Made by a program: the position numbers and the translations under genes
Source: Aureispira anguillae
GTDB lineage: Bacteria > Bacteroidota > Bacteroidia > Chitinophagales > Saprospiraceae
DNA: 64,000 nucleotides
Direction: 5' to 3'
NCBI RefSeq assembly: GCF_026000115.1
Contig: NZ_AP026867.1
Coordinates: 2,585,716 to 2,649,715 of the forward strand
Notes under the pieces: model-generated
Seen by the model: only the letters and a program-made list of their open reading frames with translations
Databases searched by the model: none
What the model was told of the DNA's origin: nothing
Shown: positions 58,737 to 64,000 of the stretch, piece by piece
Layout: every line of letters begins with the position of its first letter
Numbering within the stretch: the first letter of the stretch is position 1

Positions 58737-58800
58737 ATCTAAAAATCTGAGTACAGGACAAACTTAAAGCGCCCCTAACTTACTGGTTCATAAACGAAGT

Positions 58801-58894
58801 GCACAACAAAGTGCTCACTATAAGTATGAACGAAGTGAACGATGTAAACTTGCAGTCAAAGCTACAGGGGCAAAGTATTTAGACAAAGTTGCAC
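58801..58894 (+). other. attC-like site
   Basis: GCACAACAAAGTGCtcactataagtatgaacgaagtgaacgatg ... caaaGTTGCACatt; head identical to that at 10328. Confidence 0.4.
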
Positions 58895-59086
58895 ATTTTA
58901 TAATCTTCTTTTTTCTTTCGATTAATATATGCTATAAGTACCAACAAAATGAAAAACTAATTGGTCGAAAACGACCTCACCAAGTACTCCATAAGAAAAC
59001 TCCTTATCAGGTTTGTCAAGATTTTCAAAGAGCTTTATTTAACCTTAAGCTAAGTTGGTAATACAATAGTAATGATGTTATAGCTA

Positions 59087-59281
59087 ATGAAAATTCTAAT
59101 AAACATATCGATACTTTTCTTTTGCATCTCTTGCAAAAAGATTAAAACTTATGAAGAAATAGATAGTTTTAGCCTAATTACTATTGAAAACCATGGAGAT
59201 GTTCAACGCAAATCTTACTATACTGAGTTTAAATTTAAAAATGATACATTTTCCATATTGCGAACCTCTCCTCTTTTCTAA
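59087..59281 (+). CDS. small lipoprotein
   Basis: lipobox FFCISCKK. Confidence 0.35.
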   Translation: MKILINISILFFCISCKKIKTYEEIDSFSLITIENHGDVQRKSYYTEFKFKNDTFSILRTSPLF

Positions 59282-59528
59282 CTCTTTCTAGTTTAAAAAA
59301 ATCAGAATTCTACAAAAATCAACGTATTAGTAATTGGGGAGTTTTAAATTCAATAATTAGATTCTGTGCATGACTTTTCGCACGCCTTTATTCACTCACG
59401 TTGTACGCAATTAACACCAACACCTTCCAAAATGTATAAACCTTATACAAAAATGTTTAAGTGTAAAGACTAACAGATGAAGTAATTTTGTATTAAAATA
59501 ATTTAACAACGCTTAAAACAGATAGAAT

Positions 59529-60464
59529 ATGAAATTACAAGCAGGAAAAAATAAAGTAACTTTTAAATCCTTTGGAGTAGATTTAGTCGGCAATTTATAT
59601 CTCCCAGAAGGTTTTGAGGAAAACAAAAAATACAAAGCAATCGTTGGTGCAAGTCCATTTCCTCAAGTAAAAGAACAAGTTTTAGCAACTTATGGACCAG
59701 AAATGACTAAAAGAGGGTTTGTCTTTTTAGGATTTGATTATTTAGGAATGGGAGATTCACCCGCATTGCCTGGAGAATTTAAACAATCTAGATATATGTT
59801 TAGGCTTATAGAAAATACATGGGATGCCGTTTCTTATTTAGGAACACTTCCTTTTGTAGATGAGATTTTCGGAATGGGGGTATGTCAAGGTGGTTCTATT
59901 ATTTCATCGGTAGCAGTAACAGACCACAGAATTAAGAAAATTGCTATGGTTTCAGGTATGATGGCTGCAGATGCTTTCCAATGGGCTGATAAAACGGTTG
60001 TAAACCAAATGATTGCTGCTGCAAATGCTTCTAGACAAAAGATTTATGAAACAGGACAACCAGATTATGTTGCTCCTTTCGGACTTGACGATGAACAATC
60101 AAGAGAAGAACATATTGAATTAATAGGTACGCCAATGGCTGGTGAATCTTATGACTACTATGGAAAAGATGGGATTAAAGGACCTAAAGCGGTTGAAAAC
60201 TTTACAAATATGCATATAGGTGACCAAGCAATGGAATCTCTAATTTCTATCGGAGAACATTATGCAGATAAGATTACACAACCTACATTAGTTGTATATG
60301 GTAAAGATGCTCCGACAGCTATTTGCTCAACTGCATTTATTGATAAGCTAACAAATGAACACGAAGTTTTAGCTGTACCTGAGTTTGGGCATGTAGATTT
60401 CTACCACAAACCAGCGGCTGTAAAAGTATCAACGGATGCTGTGGCAGAATTTTTCAATAAATAA
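59529..60464 (+). CDS. alpha/beta hydrolase, dienelactone-hydrolase-like
   Basis: GMGVCQGGS nucleophile elbow with Cys (GxCxG). Confidence 0.5.
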   Translation: MKLQAGKNKVTFKSFGVDLVGNLYLPEGFEENKKYKAIVGASPFPQVKEQVLATYGPEMTKRGFVFLGFDYLGMGDSPALPGEFKQSRYMFRLIENTWDAVSYLGTLPFVDEIFGMGVCQGGSIISSVAVTDHRIKKIAMVSGMMAADAFQWADKTVVNQMIAAANASRQKIYETGQPDYVAPFGLDDEQSREEHIELIGTPMAGESYDYYGKDGIKGPKAVENFTNMHIGDQAMESLISIGEHYADKITQPTLVVYGKDAPTAICSTAFIDKLTNEHEVLAVPEFGHVDFYHKPAAVKVSTDAVAEFFNK

Positions 60465-60525
60465 TCAAATAATGGAGAGTTGAAAAGGGAAAATGTCGTT
60501 TTCAACTTTCCACTTTTAATAAAAA

Positions 60526-60900
60526 ATGAATAAAGAAGAAATAGAAAAATTAGTAAAATCAAAGTACGTTCACCAAATAAGGGCAGGCAGAACGCATAGA
60601 TTCATAGACATTACCATTGTAAGTACAGAAGGTCGTTTTTTTGTTCGCCAGTATAAATTTGGAACCCAAAGCTGGTATGATGCTTTTTTAGCAAATTCTG
60701 ACGGACAAATGAAAATTGGCGATAGCATAATTGATATTGATGGCATGCAACCTATAGATTTAAACGAAATCAATCCAAAAGTAAATAAAGCATATTTTAG
60801 GAAATTCAACATTTTTTATCCACTTATGCGATTAACATATAATAGGGCAAAACATGAAGCATCGACATTAGAACTGATACCAAAAAAATTAAGAGAATGA
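60526..60900 (+). CDS. hypothetical protein (124 aa)
   Basis: ORF whose stop overlaps the start of the AraC gene. Confidence 0.4.
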   Translation: MNKEEIEKLVKSKYVHQIRAGRTHRFIDITIVSTEGRFFVRQYKFGTQSWYDAFLANSDGQMKIGDSIIDIDGMQPIDLNEINPKVNKAYFRKFNIFYPLMRLTYNRAKHEASTLELIPKKLRE

Positions 60901-61832
60901 AAAAGACAAGCTATACATTCAAAAATATTTCAGCGTTCCACAGACAATTTGGACTACCCGAACCCGAAAATCCGCTATTTAGCATTTTGCGTTCTGCACC
61001 AAAAGAACCTGAAGCCAATTCTAACGAACAACCTTTGGATAATGCTATTATGGAAATCACTTGTGAGTACTATGCTATTAGTTTAAAAAACATTATTTCT
61101 GGTGAGATCGTCTATGGTCGTACTAAATACGATTGTAGCAAGGGTTCATTATTATTCACAGCCCCCAGTCAAACTTTGTCTTTTAAGGAGGTGGTCGTAA
61201 GTTCAGACAGTTATCATATCGCTTTTCACAAAGACTATTTGAACGGCAGCTCATTGTTCGAAGCAATTAAGAAGTACAGCTTTTTCAATTATCACGTCAA
61301 TGAAGCGCTTCATTTGTCTCCCAAAGAAGAGGAGTTAATAAAGACAATTTTCAAAAACATAGAAGCCGAATATCAAAACAACCAAGACGAGTTTAGCAAG
61401 AAAATTATTCTTTCACACCTAGAAACTTTGATGCAATATGCCAACCGTTTTTACAAACGTCAATTTTTGAATAGAAAGGAAATAAATAAAGCCTTGTTCA
61501 CTCGTTTCAAAAGCATTTTAGATAACTACTATGGAGAAGGTAAACTAATGACATTAGGAATTCCGTCCGTAGAGTGGTTAGCGAGTCAATTAGGAGTAAG
61601 CCACCGCTATATGAGCGATACCATAAAAACAGAAACAGGAAAAACAGCCATTGACCAAATCAATCTTTATCTGATAGAGCAAGCCAAAAACTTATTATTA
61701 GCTCCAAATGTTTCTATATCTGAAACGGCATATAAATTGGGATTTGAATATCCACAATATTTTTCAAGAATATTTAAAAAGAAAGTAGGTATAAGTCCTA
61801 AAAAGTATATTGAAAATGCACAACTAAATTGA
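60897..61832 (+). CDS. AraC family transcriptional regulator (paralog of 21773..22687)
   Basis: C-terminal HTH_AraC (ISETAYKLGFEYPQYFSRIFKKKVGISPKKY); shared YGRTKYD and EALHLSPKEE blocks. Confidence 0.8.
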   Translation: MKKTSYTFKNISAFHRQFGLPEPENPLFSILRSAPKEPEANSNEQPLDNAIMEITCEYYAISLKNIISGEIVYGRTKYDCSKGSLLFTAPSQTLSFKEVVVSSDSYHIAFHKDYLNGSSLFEAIKKYSFFNYHVNEALHLSPKEEELIKTIFKNIEAEYQNNQDEFSKKIILSHLETLMQYANRFYKRQFLNRKEINKALFTRFKSILDNYYGEGKLMTLGIPSVEWLASQLGVSHRYMSDTIKTETGKTAIDQINLYLIEQAKNLLLAPNVSISETAYKLGFEYPQYFSRIFKKKVGISPKKYIENAQLN

Positions 61833-61844
61833 GTAACAGTGCAC

Positions 61845-61930
61845 ACAATGTATATAAGGTTCGCTTGCAACGCCACAAGAGATCATTCATTCAATCGTAG
61901 AACATTATTTCGCCATCAACATTCATGATT
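61845..61930 (+). other. possible degenerate attC-like site
   Basis: GTGCACACAATGTATATAAGG head fits the consensus; no clear GTTRRRY core. Confidence 0.25.
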
Positions 61931-62237
61931 CTTATACTAAATTAAGCCTTACCTAAAAAGGCTATTTTTGTTTTACTCCTAAATCCCCCTATTTAATCCC
62001 ATATCTAGCAATACAGATATAACAATCACATTCAACTTGCAGAAGTTTTATACCTATTATTTTTCTTTACGAGAAAACTAATATATATTCCATTAAATGA
62101 ATAGAATAATATTGGTACTGAGTTTTTTGAATTAAGTTGCACCAATTCAAATATCAAAAGAACAACACTTTTGAAGTCAAAAAACTTAGATTGGAAAACG
62201 ACAGTAAAAAAACATATTAGCACAAAACAAAACTATT

Positions 62238-62636
62238 ATGAAAAATCAAATGATTAGATCGCTAACGTTTCAAGATGGAAATGCAGAAAATGCAATGAAT
62301 TTTTATGTGGAGTTGTTCGATAATTCTAAAATCATTAAGGTAAGCCGTTGGGGAAAAGGTGCGCCTACTGCTGAGGGAAAAATTATGCAAGCCACATTCG
62401 AATTGGACGGCAATTTATTTATGTGTAGTGATAGCCCTCCAATTCACGATTGGAGTTTTACCCCAGCCGTTTCTAACTACTTAGAGTGTGACAATGAACG
62501 TGAGATTGAAAGATTATTTTCGAAATTATCTGAAAACGGAAAAGTGATGATGGCATTAGATAATTATGGTTTCAGTCAAAAATTTGGATTTATTCAAGAC
62601 CAATTTGGGGTTTCTTGGCAATTGAACTTACATTAA
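62238..62636 (+). CDS. PhnB-like / VOC-superfamily (3-demethylubiquinone-9 3-methyltransferase domain) protein
   Basis: AENAMNFYVELF ... ATFELDGNLFMCSD ... FGFIQDQFGVSWQL pattern typical of PF06983. Confidence 0.55.
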   Translation: MKNQMIRSLTFQDGNAENAMNFYVELFDNSKIIKVSRWGKGAPTAEGKIMQATFELDGNLFMCSDSPPIHDWSFTPAVSNYLECDNEREIERLFSKLSENGKVMMALDNYGFSQKFGFIQDQFGVSWQLNLH

Positions 62637-62896
62637 GGGTGCCCGTTTTTTATGATGTAGGTGTTCCTATTATATTTAGACCTATAAGCCAATTTTTTTC
62701 AAGTTTTAATTAATTGGTCATGCTAGATTTTGGAAGAAATTTTGTGTTAAAACTTTTTCCTGAGTTTGCAAAAGCTGCGACTTAACTTTGATAAACAGCG
62801 AATTAAATAAGCACACATCCATTTCTCCTTGTACAGCATTCCCTATATAACCTTAGGTGTTAAGTGTGATAAGGGTTTTAGATTAAAAACATCACT

Positions 62897-63598
62897 ATGT
62901 ATTTCAAATGTACAAAACATGGAACTCAAGGATTTCAAGAAATGTGTTCTCATCTGTTCAAAAAAATAAAGGACTTAGAATATCCTAAAATCTACACTCT
63001 GCCTATTTGGGATCTAAAAGTTTGTAAAGATTGCTACGAAAAACATGCAATTCATAAACTGGAAGATTTAAAAGATCTATTTTTTTGCGACTTACCTGAA
63101 ATGGAAGTAAGCCAAGCTATAAAAATTGAAAAAAGGACCTACCCTATTTATGAAAAAATTGATCGACAAATTTACTGTCTGGAATGTATTAATGAAGCTA
63201 GGTTACACCAAGCACGAAAAGATGGAAATAAAGAACCTTTTACTCCTTATGAAAAGACTTTAATCTACAAAGACAAACCTAAGATTGATGAACTTAAGGC
63301 TTTACTTAAATCCAAGTTTACATTTAAAAAAGTATGGGTTGATGAATTGGGTTTAGAGTTAAGTTCATGCCTTATTGTCCCAGGTTCAATTAGCTATCCT
63401 CTAAAAGTTATTATCCACCATATTGAAGATCAGTATACCCAAAATAGAATACTAGATACTATAGATAGCTTCCTAAAAAGCAAAAAACTTAAGCAAAGAG
63501 TTGTATTCTTTTACAAAGAATATGTCTTTGAAAGCGGAAATAATGCTTTTCAAAAAGGGAAAGAAGTTTTATTGAGAAAGGAAGAATATCTCGATTAA
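62897..63598 (+). CDS. hypothetical Cys-rich protein (233 aa)
   Basis: CxxH ... CxxC ... CxxC spacing suggests a zinc-binding module. Confidence 0.4.
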   Translation: MYFKCTKHGTQGFQEMCSHLFKKIKDLEYPKIYTLPIWDLKVCKDCYEKHAIHKLEDLKDLFFCDLPEMEVSQAIKIEKRTYPIYEKIDRQIYCLECINEARLHQARKDGNKEPFTPYEKTLIYKDKPKIDELKALLKSKFTFKKVWVDELGLELSSCLIVPGSISYPLKVIIHHIEDQYTQNRILDTIDSFLKSKKLKQRVVFFYKEYVFESGNNAFQKGKEVLLRKEEYLD

Positions 63599-64000
63599 AA
63601 ATAGTAAACACAGAAATTATGGAAACATACCTGTAAAAATACGCATATGCGAGCCCATTTCAAAATCTGCAATCTTGTTTTGAGAATAACTACATTTATT
63701 AGGGTGTGGCTTTGCGCACAAAGTATATGCTAATGTTATCGTTAATCACCCCACCCAACAACCAGTGCATAATTTTAGAAATGGTTCATGTTTTAAGTTG
63801 TTCTAAACTCATTTCTCAATGCTTTGAGTCAAATTCGGAAGACGTTTGGAAGAATCTATCCGCAAAAATTGCAAATTTTGCTATATTAGTTGGCGTAAAT
63901 GAATGGCTTCGCCCTTCTCCTACAATCTGTATATACACATTATCAGTAATTCCCCCCAATTATGAATGAAAAAAAAGTACAATTTTCACTAACAGCAGAA

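Noticed and set aside
63706-63969. 87-aa ORF at window end
   Set aside because: Overlaps sequence resembling the second half of a long-class attC (caaattttgctatattag ... tatatacac), probably non-coding.

Overview
AT-rich (about one-third GC) Bacteroidetes-type chromosomal segment. Lineage cues are AraC regulators, a T9SS C-terminal sorting domain, WG repeats, a FISUMP lipoprotein and TAnnTTTG-type promoter elements. From about 6.9 kb to the end, the window reads as a very large integron-like gene-cassette array. It has at least 25 mostly + strand ORF modules, each ending in an attC-like site. Each site has an inverse core (RYYYAAC-like) that overlaps or abuts the stop codon, e.g. GCCTAACAATCTG, and a core (GTTRRRY), e.g. 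GTTAGGC, at its 3' end, and the two cores covary within a site. The sites fall into two size classes: 60-70 bp, and 190-200 bp with a conserved CAAAATCGCAGATTTTG...CAAAATCTGCGATTTTG palindrome. No intact integron integrase is in the window. Three diverged 3' remnants of tyrosine-recombinase genes lie on the opposite strand at 4.8-6.95 kb, and the last one abuts the first attC-like site. The array carries three mobile elements. IS3-A occurs once. IS3-B occurs as two 100% identical inverted copies. An IS4/IS5-superfamily (DDE_Tnp_1) element sits at the same position and orientation in four attC-like sites, as one full copy and three deletion derivatives; IS3 copies are nested in two of the four. 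Cassette cargo is rich in defense-like and hydrolase functions: a 1073-aa protein with an Mrr-like nuclease N-terminus, a GmrSD-like DUF262/DUF1524 protein, a PLD/HKD-like protein, a HEPN-like protein, a calpain-like cysteine protease plus lipoprotein, a small HNH protein, a class-C beta-lactamase-like serine hydrolase, MBL-fold and alpha/beta hydrolases, an SDR, Crp/AraC regulators, LRR and ankyrin proteins, and a stand-alone EF-Tu domain-3-like protein. The first ~7 kb holds an AraC regulator, a secreted MBL hydrolase and secreted hypotheticals. A partial attC-like end at the window start suggests the array also continues upstream.
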